From Vicugna vicugna (taxonomy: Eukaryota), in NCBI GenBank assembly GCA_013265495.1, contig MU061538.1:682001-746000 (forward strand): a DNA stretch of 64,000 nucleotides, in the 5' to 3' direction. Positions 12,431 to 24,900 of the stretch are shown piece by piece. Within the stretch, counting starts at the first letter, position 1. Every line of letters starts with the position of its first letter. The position numbers and the translations under genes were made by a program. The notes beneath the pieces were generated by a model, which saw only the letters and a program-made list of their open reading frames with translations, did not search any database and was not told the DNA's origin.

Positions 12431-15149
12431 CCTCGCGCAGCTCGGGGTCTGCAGCCAGGGGGCCGTCGGGGCTCCCAGGCTCACAGCTGCACCACCCAGT
12501 GCTGTCTCCACCGTCCCGGGGTCCTGTGTCTGCATCTCCCCTCTTCCTCTCCCAACGCCTGCATTGGATCAGGCCCCCCTCCTCCAGGGTGACCTCCTCT
12601 CACCTCGGGGACGAGGGCAGAGACCGGCTTCCAGGGAAGCCCACGAGCACAAGGAGGGGCAGGGCTTGAACCTTCCTTTGAGGGACACAAAACCCCACCC
12701 ACAATGGCCACGGGAGTCTGCCTTTAGACGCGTTTTATTGGAGTTTCCTCTTCTGGCCGTGGGAGGCCCCAGGAGGAGGGAGGCGTGAACCCCAGAGCGC
12801 CCTCTTCTGCTGGCTCCGGTCCTGCTGTCTCCCGCTTCATTTGCTTTCCCTTCATGGGTCTCTTTGTTTAACTTTTCGAGTGCTTCTTTTTTTACGTTAA
12901 ACAGTGTTCATAGTGCAGACATTGAGCGTCACACACGCGTCGTGTCTGTGAAGCGCTGAAGGGTCTACTCCCTACCGTCTGTGACTGGAACTGAGACCAG
13001 GGGTTTGCCCTACGAATGGCGTGGGAAGAATGAAGCGCCACCAAGGTGGCGGGGAAATGCCGCTCCTCCCACTGTGGCCGGAGCAGCACGGACGTCAGGG
13101 ATGCCTGGCATCTGGACACAGCGGGTTCACGCTTCGCGGGCCCGCCTGGGCTCGCAGGACCAGAGCGAGGGAGGCAGCCCCGCCCGGTTCCACCCGCGGT
13201 CTCTGAGTCTCTCCTGCTCCGGGGGGCCCAGCAGAGGTGGCGCCTCCACTTTTCTGCCCCCTCGTCTGCTGCCTTCGTGCTTCTGTGTCTGCCGTCCTGG
13301 AGGGTGGGGACACTGCCTGGTGCATCTTCGAATTTCCACCCTGCCCCACGTGCTGGGGACATCTTCGGGTGCTCCTCAGAAGCTTCTGCAGATGGAAAGC
13401 TCACAAACAGCATGAGGATAACCACACGCCTCGTCCAGACCCACAGAGACGCTCTGATTAGTAACTCACGAGGGGCCCCTCCCTGGAGAGTCTCGCTTCT
13501 CCGGAACCCGGCTCAGCCCCAGCCCCTCCTGCTCCTGGGCGCCGTGGGCCCGAGGGCTCCCTGCGGAGAGTCAGGGATGGGCCATCATGTCCCAACATGC
13601 TGGGACACGGGCGACACCAGGTCAGGCCCTGAGAGCAAACCCTCTCACTCTGCGGAGGGGACAGGCCGGCCAGGACCGTCCCCCCGGAGCTGGGACCTCT
13701 GCTATCGGCCCCGCAGCAGTGCAGCCTGTCCCAGATCCGGTGGAGGTGGGAGGAAGAGAAAGACACCTCGGACAAAGGACAGGACGTCGGCCCCCGTGTA
13801 AAGGGATGTGAGCCCAGCCGCCTCTCGAGCTACGAATTACAGGAGCTTTAACAGTTAAAAGGTTTCAAAGGTCACTATGCATTTATCAGTGAAAAAGCAA
13901 TAGGGATTTCTGAGCAGCGACAGCTGGAAGGGGCCGGAGACGCCGCCTTCAATCACCGTGGAGATCTCTGCTCATCGCACACAATCATATTTCGTTATTA
14001 ACAGACGTCGGCCAGACTGACGTTTTGCACATTTCATCCCAAGACGCGCTGGGGACACTTCTGGCACTTGGTTTATCATTTTCATCAGTGTCGTCCACGG
14101 ACTGACCAGCCCGACCCCGGAATCTCACACTGTCACTCATCATAAGTGAATTTATCAACATGTACGTAATCAGAGTCCACAGGGGAGTCTTAACTGTTTG
14201 CATACGAAATTACTTCATTCTCCACGCTTCAAAAAAATTCAATTTTGCATAATAAATGATGATAAAGGCCGGTTGACAATTACATAGGTGGGAACAGCAG
14301 GAGGAAGTGATTGGAATTTCAATGGGGCTGCACGCATGTATCTGGGCTTGCTTAAGTGATCAGCACCCAGGCTGACTCTCCCCATGGTCGGGGGTTAATG
14401 CAGAGCCCTTCAGCGCCTATTAGAGGCAGCCTTACTTAAGCTGCAAATTGGCACATATCCTATTAGTATTTTCCTCCTGTGACACATCCTCCAACTGACT
14501 TAGATGCACAGTCGGGCGAATATTAAAATTAATTAGGCTATTATTTGAATGCAGAGAAACAGCAGCCTGTCTCAAAAAAAATCTTACAGAAACACACGCA
14601 CTCCCCCACCCCACAGCCAGCCTTGCACAAAAGCCTGCCGTCACCTGCCGACAGACCCCACGCAGAGCGCCCTGAGGCTCGGGCGTGGAAGCGCCACACC
14701 CTCCGGGCAGAGCTCGCTCTGGGTTTTTGCAAGGACAGCCAGTGTCCTCAGCACAGGACAGGGCTGCACGCAGACGGAAGCGTGATCTTACGTCTGATGA
14801 CAATGGTTTCGAGACAGATTGTAATTTGGCTCATTAACTAAATGTGTCTCTCGTGTTCCAGCCTCGTGACTGCATTGTTGAAGGGTCCCCCCAAATTACA
14901 CTGTCGCCAGGCTGCCATGCGCCTCCTCACCCACGTCAGGCTGAGACTCAAACACGGCAGGTCCACAGTCCGGGCACAAGGCTCAGACACCAGAGCAAGA
15001 CCGGAGGCCACCTGTCGGGACCCTGGCCTCCCGAGAAGGGGTCCCAGAAAGGGGCTCAGAGGTCCCTGCAGGGGCACGGCCGGCGCCTGCACCAGGCAGC
15101 TGCGGGAGCACGTCCCCGAGGCCAGCGCTGTGGGCGAATAAATAAACTT

Positions 15150-15370
15150 ACTTGTTTATGGAACGAAAACTGTAAGAAGACCAAAATGCCACAGAAAACA
15201 GAATGAGGATGTTCAGAGAGACAAGGAGACACGCTGCAGTCACAGAAGAAAGGATGCCACCTACAATGGAAAAGAACGAACAACTGAGAAAGAACTGTGA
15301 CGGTGAAAATGAGCGTTTGCATAGAATGTTTGGGAGAAGAGCCTGAGGAAATGGCACAAGTGAAAGCAGG
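15150..15370 (+). mobile_element. Possible ancient L1 ORF1-region fragment
   Basis: A purine-rich segment (aagaacgaacaactgagaaagaac...gaagagcctgaggaaat) resembles degraded L1M ORF1. No alignment was run. Confidence 0.3.
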
Positions 15371-16913
15371 AGCTGAGCACAGGTGCAGGGACAGAGGGGC
15401 ACGGCTCAGTCGGGGCAGCGGGCGGGTCTCGGGCAGGGGAGGGGCGGGGCCCCAGGAAGCCCCCGCAGCAGGAGGGGGGCGCGGGGTCCCCCCCGGCCCC
15501 GCCCAGGGAGTGAGGCGCCCGCGTCACAGCCGGGAGCCCTCAGCCCGCGCAGAGGCGGCTTCCAGCGCCCTCCGGGCGGACGGGTGGCCCCGCAGCACCC
15601 GAGCCACAGCTGGGCCGCTGGACAGCTGCCCGGGACGCCGGGAGACAGGCGGCCTCGTGTTCCAGGGAGACTGTGTCAAACCGGAGTTTTGTCTGCTTCC
15701 TGAGCCAAACTGGGTCCCGTCGTCCGACAAGCAGCAAAGCCAGTCGACTGGCACCGGCTCGCGGGGCCGGAACGCGGCACATCCTGCAGGCGCCCAGCGC
15801 GGGGCCGCGGGAGAGCGGGCAGCTCGGACGCCCGGGCCGCGGCTTCGGGATGGCCTCTGGAGGCGCACGCAGACGTTCTTCTGATGGGCTGGGGGCGAGG
15901 CCCCTGGGGGTCAGCGTCTCCAGCCTCTGGTCCCCGCAGGTCTGGGGGCTGCGCGCTGGTGGGCAGCACACAGCTAGCGTCTCCCACCGGCTGGGCCTCC
16001 AACATCTGCCAGGCAGCCGGGTGCAGCTCAGGGCTCGCCTGCAGCCCTCGGGTCGGCTGGAGGGGACGGGCTTTGTTTTGTGGCGGAACTGTTATTATTT
16101 CCTCGTTTGACTGTTTTTCTCTGTTCCTGCACTTTCTCATTTTTCTGCTTAAATTTGCTCTGCGGAACTCGGGGAAGCCGAGGGGGCCGACACTGTTCCA
16201 TCAACCAGAGGCGGGGAATGCGGGCGGGGGTCCTGCTCCACTTCGTTCTCAAGGATGAGGAGAGAACATGGCTTTCTTAGACATGCAGGCCTCCCAGACA
16301 CCCTCTCAGGAAACTCACGGAAAACGCACTACATCAAACGAGGGGCTGAGCCAAAAGAGGAGACCGGCTCTCGGAATCAGGGAAGCCAACGGATGGAGAG
16401 AACCAGAAACGCCCCTGATGAGGGCACAGGGGCCAGACTGGGGGCTCCGCCCCGAGGGGCCACCGGGACGGGGGGGGCGGCCGGCCGGGAAGGTGCCGGG
16501 CACCTCAGAAGCTGTGTTACCGGCTCACTGGGAGGTCTGTGTCCGGGTTGGTGATCCAGGCATGAAAAACAGAGCACACTGAGGCAAAAAGAGGGGCCTC
16601 TAACTCCGCGGGAAAACGAAACTTAATTCAAGAAACAAAACAAAATCGTTGTTTAGTCAGTGGCTTCAGCTCTGAACAATACAGTATAATACTGTGAGCA
16701 TTAAAAGTTACATCCCGAGCACACGGGGTGCAGGAGGAAGGGCCCCGTGATGGCGCAGCCGGAGCCACGCCCCAGAGGAGCAGCGGGGAGCGGCGGCGCA
16801 GGCGTGTTGCTCCCAAACACGGCAGAACAGCAGAGGAGATGAGACGCTGCCGCTTGTAAAGTGAGGTTATTTTGTAAAAGACCTGTGTTACTTTGAATAA
16901 ACAGTAAGATTTA

Positions 16914-17007
16914 GGGGAGAGAGTACACAGCTCAGTGGCAGAGTGTGTATAGCACCTCCACTAAAAAAACAAAAGTGGGAAAAAGCAAAATCTAAATTAA
17001 AAAATAA
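16914..17007 (+). mobile_element. Vic-1-like SINE with an internal deletion removing the B box
   Basis: The head ggggagagagtacacagctcagtggcagagtgtgtatag joins directly to cacctcca plus an A-rich tail. The ~30-nt B-box segment present in the copies at 10111 and 36282 is missing. Confidence 0.65.
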
Positions 17008-20000
17008 GGCGTAGAAAGAGAAGGGGGAGAGATGAGGGGTTGGCGCCGCGGCCCCGCCTGCAGGGACGCCTGGACGAGGGAGCTGGAGGGTCGGCCGCCG
17101 CCTGGAAGGAACCGGCACCTGGCTGTGTCCCCTCCCCAAGGAGCAGGGGTGTCACCTGAATGGTCACCTCATCACCTAAGGCCCAAAGGAAGGCTTGGGA
17201 AAGTGGGAGAGGGAGGCAGACACGCTGGAACCTGACGTCCCCAGAGACCCAGTGCGGCCCGTGCTGTGCCTCCTGCATCCGTCCTCCGGCGTAGGGTCGG
17301 GGCTCCCTCCTCACGCTGCATCACAGTCCCCTCCACCCGGGGAGCGCTTTCCCCGTGGACACTGGCGGGGTCACCACCGGGTTCCCACTCACTCCCTGGG
17401 ACTCTAGAAGGGACACCACACTGCAGCAGCTCGGGGCCGTCAGCAGCAGAGCCCATCTGGACAGGCTGGTGCACATTTGGGAGCTGCGAGTCCGTCCTTC
17501 CTGTGAACACCGAGGAGTGGACGGGCCAGGTCGCGGGCGGGTTTCTCACTAATGTCGTAAGAAACCGCCAGGCCACTGTCCACGGTGGCTGGACCAGCTC
17601 ACGCCCCACCGGCCCCTGAGGGCCCAGGGGCTCCACGTCCGTGCCAGCGCTTGGAGCTGTGCGTTTTCCTGGTCAGCCATCACGCAGGTGCAAAGTGTGG
17701 CGTAAACTTTGCCCTCACGAATGAACAAGGCCAGGCCTGCTCGGAATGTCACGCCCTGACTTAAAGTCGGGAAAGGGTCCCCATGGAGTGACACAGGGGT
17801 CAGGACGGTGTCTGAGCCGGACCCCAAGTGCAGGAGGCTCAGGGGACTGCGCCACTGCTCCCGCTGTCCCCCTGGTGTCCCCGCACCGTCAGGGGCCAGC
17901 ACTGGACGACAGGGCTGCTGCGGTAGAGACCATGTCCTGCCCACAGGCTACATCCTGCTGACGAGGCCTGAGGGCCCTGCAGTGCCAGCCTGGACATGCC
18001 GTGGCTCGGGCCCCCGCCTGAGCCCACACCACACACGTTCCACAACGGACACCCGGTGTCTCAGCCCTGGCCCAGCCCAGCCCATGACCCTGAAGCCCCT
18101 CTCCAGGACGGGCCCCCCGGGCCCCAGAGCAGATCCCTCCCCCCACAGGCTGCACCTCCGCGCACTGGGGCCCCTGGGACGGGGAGGAGCACCAGACGGT
18201 GGAAGCCTGGAGTCGGAGCCACGAAAGATTAAGTGCCCAGTCTTTCCTCCCAAGTGGCAGGAAGGCCACAGACTCGGAGGATCTTCCCGGCAGGGCCGGG
18301 CGGCCCTCCCCCTGCTTCTGTGCGTTCTGGTTTGCGGCGGCAGAGGCACTGAGAAAGGAGCGCTGGGTTCCAGTAGCTGCACACGGCATCCGAGGAGCAG
18401 CTGGGACATCAGCCGCGTCCCTCCCGACCCGGCACATGTGCGGACCCCACGTGGGCGTGCGAACTGCCCGGCCCCCGACCCTGGAAACCAGGCGGCTGTC
18501 GGGGGCGAGAATTGAGACTAGCTGCGTCTTTACAACACTGCTTCGCAACATCCAACTAACCGCAGTGTTTGAAAATTAAATAAAGCGCGAGGTTTTCAAA
18601 AATGACTTTGGTTTAAAGTTTTAATACTTACTCATTCTGGTCTGCACTAAGCCCTTTAAGTTTAAGAGCCAATTTTAACATTCTAAAAGGAAAGGCTTTT
18701 TGAAAACACATAAGTAATCTTAACACTTTGATTTTTACATCTACTTCAGTTTACATTTTAATTCACATTTTGTACACGGGCCTATAGCTGCATTTGCTCC
18801 TTCAGATCGTTACCGTCCATAGTGTAAGACCTGGTGAGAAATGTTTATTATGAAATGATACCTGGTTACGTTGCTGAAGTAAAGGGAAGGAAAGTAACCC
18901 TGTGGAGCAAGAGAGTAACCATTTATAAACTAAGCTCGCTTCCTAAGCCTCACCCAGGGAGCACCGGCCCATCAGCAGAATGCAGACAGGCCGGGCAGAA
19001 GCTGGTTCATGCCTGACGGTTTGCAAACTCCAGTTGTAGAAACTCAGGTGTTGACATAACCCTTTGATGTCGACAAAGGTGAAGGTGCATTTGTCAGGGG
19101 AGGGGAGGGGTGCTCAGGTCCGTGGGCATGTGAGTCCCTCCCCGGCACCTGCCGGAGCCCCACACTCACGAGCAGGACTCGCCCTGGGCCGGCCGGGGTA
19201 CCACTGGGCAGTGGCTACCGCATCTCGGAGACCTGGAAGGCCCGGCGCTGGGCGGCTGCCCCAGGAGGCCTCGCCCATCAGAGGTCCAGCCACATGCAGC
19301 ACAGGCTGCCCGGCTCTCACCCGACATCCCCAAGTCCTTGTCCCTCCCCTTCCATCCCTCCTCTTCTGTGACACCCGCAGACATCAACCCCCACGGCCTC
19401 TGCCAAGCGTTGCAGCAAGTGACTCCCTTGGGCTCTCAGGAGCCACAGAAACCCGGGAGCCGTGGCCACTCGTGTCCGACCTTGGGGCCACTCCCAGGGG
19501 GCGGGGACCCTGCCCTCCCCCACCCCGAGCCCTGCGTGAGGACAGCCGGAGTCACCTCTGGGCCGGAGTGCACGCTGAGCTCCGATCCCAGGAGGAGGAA
19601 GGGCGGGAGGGCAGGGTGCTCTTCTGGCTAAAGCAGCGAGAGGGACTGGATGCTTCACTGGACCAAATGCAGTGTTGGTCATCTTTGTTTCTATAAACAA
19701 CCAGAGATCCATGCAGCCAGGAGGGCTGCTGGCCCTGTGGGCCCGCCCGGCGGGGCTGGGCCTGAGGCCAGCATCGCTGGCGGTGATAAAGTGCCAGCCG
19801 AAGCCACACGGGCGGCCCAAGTCGGTTCTCTGGGTCCACAGGAGGGCACAGCCCTGGAGACAGCCTTCTTCTTCTTCGAGAGAAAGAGGTTCCTCAGTTC
19901 CAAAGCTGCCTTTGGGCCACAGGAGGCCAGGCCTTTGGCCACGGTGGGGGAGCTCAGACAAGGAAGCCTCCGGGCGGGTGTGGGGAGCAGGGGCCTCCCG

Positions 20001-20899
20001 TGACCTCAGAACTGAACCCCCGTGACGTGGCCGATGAACGCAGCTGGGGACGGAGGAGGAGCAAAGGCAGAGGCCTACGCCCTGTCAGAGGCTGAGCTGT
20101 GGCCCCTCGGATCCACGCGCTAAAGTCCTGACCCTGGGACTCGGGGCGCGCTGTGTGTGCAGATGGGGTCTTCAAAGAGGTGATTAAGGCTGAAATCATG
20201 GGTCACTGGTGGGCCCTGACCCCACAGGACCGGTGACCTTACAGGAGGAGCTAGGGACACAGACACACAGAGGGACAACCGTGTGAGGACACAGGGAAGA
20301 CGTGCCCACACGCCGAGGACGGAGGCTCAGGGCGGCACGTGCCGCCTCCCTGGGCTCACAGGCCCGTGCGGGGCCCTGGAAGTCACTGCCTCGCCCCAGG
20401 GCACAAGGACTCAGCGGGGACCCGCACCTCGGTCCTGGCGAGAGGGGGACTTACTGGAGCGGCTCTCCCAAGGGAAGTTAACTCCCACTTTGTGGAAACA
20501 GAAGCTCAGAAAAGCCTTTCTGCCAACAAATGCCTGGAAATGGATTTTGAGGGATAGGAACGCTTTAAGTGTCCTGCTGAAGCGTGAGTGAGGGAGTCCG
20601 CAGGGGGAAGACTGGGCGAGGAGTGGGGACGGGTGAGGGGTGCCGAGCTGCCCCATCCCCGCCAGCCAGGCCCCGGCCGCCCTGGCCCCTCACGCTGGAG
20701 CCCAGGCCCTGGGCCCTGAAACACGAGGGGGCCGGGGCCTGAAGCCAGGACCACCGAACCTAAACTGGGGCAGACGTTCTACAGAACATGCCCTAGACTC
20801 GCCACATGTCACCGTCATGAAAGGCAGAAAGACAAGTCTGAGGGAGGAAGCCGAGGTGCGGGCTAGACGCGAAAGCCGAGTGCAGCTTGATCGACTCTT

Positions 20900-21252
20900 T
20901 GATTTTAAACAGAACCGCAAGGAAATTACTGAGATAAAAGCACAACTTCAGCTGTGGCTGGAGAGCAGGGCTGTTGTAACATTCTACATTTCCTGCCTGT
21001 GATAATTTTATTGTGGTCACACAGGACTTTGTCTTCAGAGACACATATTCAAGAATCGGGAAGTGTCGTAACGGCCACATCTCACTCTCGAATGGTTTAG
21101 CCGATTAAAACCTGCACACGTGCAAGTAAGCGCACACCCTAGGGACAGAGAGGCGGGGGAGCCCGGGGTAGCCAGTCCAGGTGAAGCTCACAGAGCGTTC
21201 CCTCTGCTGCGGGCAACTTTCCTGTAGGTTCGCAGTGTTTCCGAATAAAAAA
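20900..21252 (+). mobile_element. Ancient L1M (L1ME/MC4-like) 3' end fragment
   Basis: It contains tttgtcttcagagacacat...ctcactctcgaatggtttagc...ccaggtgaag...gcaactttcctgtaggtt...aataaaaaa. Confidence 0.5.
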
Positions 21253-21639
21253 TCAGAAAAAGAGAATGCGAAGAAAGAAATACAATGTAAAATGAGGGGA
21301 ACACAGAGGGGAGGGGATGGTGAAAGCTGGAAAGACGCAGAAGCAGAACACACGGGAGACTTGGTGAAAACCCGGCGCATCTCAGAGAGACTCGACTGTA
21401 AAAAGCAGTGATCATAGCGACCGATTTTTAGGGCCGACTTTAAACAAAACAGAACTAAAGCGTCGGATGAAAGTCGCATGGGAGCAGGGCAGGGGCGTCG
21501 CGGTGAACATTCGAGGTCTGTGCGCTTGGGGGGGACGTGCCACGGCAGGGGCGTCGATCAGGTGCCCCTTTAAAGCGTGAGCGGCAGCACCTCTGAGGCA
21601 CTGGAGGGGGCAAAAGAATAAAGGAACCTGATCGAGCCA

Positions 21640-21900
21640 ACGGCAAATGGCACAGGAAGGGAAGAGCAACGGGAAAAAATGATCAGCAACACAGAATAAG
21701 ACTGCAGAGCGAAGTCCCAAGTGAGTCGTCTTCACAATAAATGCAACTGAACTTAATTATCAGTTAAAATAGAATCTCAACTTGGAGTTTTAAAAAAAGC
21801 AGATACAGTTGATAAGAAGGTGTCTACAATGAAAGGGTCTGAAAAATTGAAAGTAGAGAAATGCCAGAAATAAACCAGGCATGTGCTGTGCGTGTGAAGG
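21640..21900 (+). mobile_element. Degraded L1 fragment covering the ORF2 start (endonuclease region)
   Basis: The sequence cacaataaatgcaactgaacttaattatcagttaaaa...tgtctacaatga...aaattgaaagtagagaaatg resembles the 5' part of L1 ORF2. Confidence 0.4.
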
Positions 21901-24900
21901 CCAGGACTAAGAGCCCCAAGTTTAGAACCGTAACGGCCAGTCCAGCAACGTGCAGGGCCGGGCGGTAGGGCCGTTCCCACAGCAGAGGGCTGGTGGGCGG
22001 GGTCCGGCTCCTACACTGAAAGAGGCAGGAGACAGGCGACGCTGTGGGCGGGGGCTCGGGACAGGCCCCTCCAGAACAGCCGGCACGCAGCACCCCAAGA
22101 CGGGGAAGGGCCGGAGGAAGGGACCCCAAGCTCTCGTCCCTCCGTCCAAACTCCGCTGCTCTGCCATCTTTGTTCGCTGGAGCGACCGCAGGCCCCGGAG
22201 GCCGGGCCCCTCCTGGCCCAGCAGGCGACTTCACCCCCAGCTGGGCGGTCCCAGGGGCATCTGCGGGTCTGCAGGACTCACAGCGTCCCCTCCAAGGCCA
22301 CGGTGGCAGCTGAGCAGCGCTGAGCCTGGCTCTGGGTGCAGGACGCAGGGCCCCACGTGCCCGTGATGCTGGCTCGTCTCTTGGTCCCCACGGCCTGAGC
22401 CGCTCTGGCCGGGCCCCCCTGCCACCAGGAGCCCACGTTCACAGACGTCCACGGAAACACCGAGGGCATGTGCTCTCCCTCAACTGCCCAGTCTGATGTT
22501 GGCCTCCTGCAACCCGTGGGGAGAGGGTCCTGACCCCGAGGCCAGGTCCACGGTCTGAGCGACTCCGTGCACTCCCCGTGGCTGCCCACCCCTCACCTCT
22601 GCTTGTGCTCTGCGTGGCCGGAGGTGGCGAGGCGAACAGCACTTCTCTGAGCAACAAAGCACAAACACTGACCCAAACCCGACCACACGCCTCCCGCCCT
22701 GGTCCCCACATAACCCCTCGTGGCTGCCGAACCCACGGGCTGCTCGGTCGCCCTGACCTTCCCCAACACCCCTGCCTCCGCCCTTAGAGACCGCCCGCCC
22801 GGATCCGGTCCGGGAGCCCTCCCTGCAGCCCCTGGAACACTAGCCTCCTGCCAGGACCTGTCCCACCAGCAGAGGCCAGAGGTTCAGGCATTACGAGGCC
22901 GGGCCCCAGGCCCCAGACAGGGCAGAAGTGCTCGCTTTCATGGAACAGCACCCGCTTGCTAAACATCCCTGGGGCTCTCGGAGCAGAGAACTTCTGTCCT
23001 GGCGTTCGGAGAGGGGCACGAGGCGGGGGAAGGCGGGAGACCGAGAACTTGAACTGCGGTGGACGTCCCCGTGCAGAGCAGGGAGCTGGCAGCCGGAGGG
23101 GCCGTCACCCCGCACTGTGTTCCGAGAGCAGGTCGGCCGTGACGTAGGATCGAGGGTGTGAGAAGCCACTGCCACTGGTCCGGCTGTTTTCTGGATCTGG
23201 AGACTCCCAGGTGCCACAGAAACTCCTCCTTGGTAACGTGCTGGTACCGCAGGTGTAAGTCCACATTCGGGAGACGAAGAGGAAAGGGTGTCATCGGTGT
23301 GTCCACGCGGAAAATGCCAAGAGGGAGACAGTAGCGTGAAGGACGGTCTCAGGGCCCCACGGCCCCGGAAGGGAGCGGCCGGGGACCCGAGAGGACAGCA
23401 GCCTCCAGCCCGCCTGCTCCCGGGGCCTTCAGTCCACGTGGAGGGCAGGACGCACGCTGCACAGAAGGACCACCCCCGGGAGAAGGGCAAACGGCAGGAC
23501 ACGCCCTGGGAGTCAGAGAAGGGACCACAGACCAAAAGGACAGGGCGGCTGGCCGGGTCCTGGAAGACGAGCGGGAGTGGGGTAACCAGGACAAGGGTGA
23601 GGGCACTGTGGAGAGAGCGGGTCGGGGAGGAGTGCCCGGGAAGACCGTGGGGAGCCAGTGTGCGCAGTGAGGGAGGCACGGCTGCAGGGCTGGGGAGACC
23701 AGACATCACGGCTCTTCCCTGCGGTCACTCCCCACGAGGGCCGGGCCGGCCCCTGGAGGACGGTGCCGGGCCGGGGGCCCCACATTGCTGCCAGCAGACA
23801 GGACACCCAGCGGCCTGGCTATGTGGAGTCCAGGCTGTGACTCGTGTGCGCTTGGTTCACACGCTGTCCCCATGGCCACTTCATTCTGGGGCCCACTGAG
23901 CAGGCAGGTCGCAGAGGCCGCCCGTGGCAGTTGCCAGGTTACTTGGGCGGCTCAGTCCCCCTCCCATGGTAGACAGTGTCCAGTGGCCATCACTGTGTGG
24001 CACAGGGGTCACACTGAGTGCTCAGTCATACATGTCCTTCCACACATTCCTGCACCCTGCCTTGCGGGGGTCCACAGGCCCACGTGGGCTGTGGCCCGTC
24101 CAGTGGCACCTCCCTGTGAGGGGCAGAAAGCCCCCTTTGTCCCCGCGACCTGGCAAACTGCCCTGTCAGCACCCCCGCCAGGGGCCACAGCAGCCAGGGG
24201 CCCAGGGGCCCAGCGGCCCGACGCCCACGCCAGCCTGGGCTCCGCCAGGGCCGAGGAGCGGCCCTCGTGCACACACCTCTCAGTGAGCAGGTGCTGGCCA
24301 CGCCCCTGCTGGGAGGCCCTCGCAGGTGTCGGGGGGTGCGGCGGCCCCCGCTCAGAAAGGGCTACGCAGAGCCCCCGGCCAGCCACGACCCACGCTCAGC
24401 CCCACCGCGGATCCTGCGTCCACACCATCCGCACCAGAGCACCTGGCGGTGGTCCGGGCATCGCTCAGGGCTGCACAGAAGTGCCTGGGCCTCAGCCGTG
24501 AGTCCACGTGCGAGGATGCTCGGCCCTGGAGCAGAGACCACAACGATGATCGTGGGGGAGGTTCTCCTGGTCTGGAAGGGCCCCTGAAGCAAAGGCAGCT
24601 CAGATCCACGTGTCACGAGCTGTTATTTGAGTCCCATCAGGCGCAGGCCAGCATGTTGTAAATCGCAACAGAAGGGAATTACTTTCACGCGACCGTGCGC
24701 ACGTCTGACTGTCCAGGGCCCCCACATGCTCAGGCTCCTCTCCGCGTGGGCCCCCTGGGGGAGGGCGAGGGTGCGCGGAGCATGCGTGGGGGCACGGCGA
24801 GCTGGGGGGACCTCCACCCGGCCCCACAGTTTACCAGGTTCTGACTGAGACTCGCCTCTGTCTTTGGAATTCTTGCAGGTCCAGTGATTCTGTCCATTTG

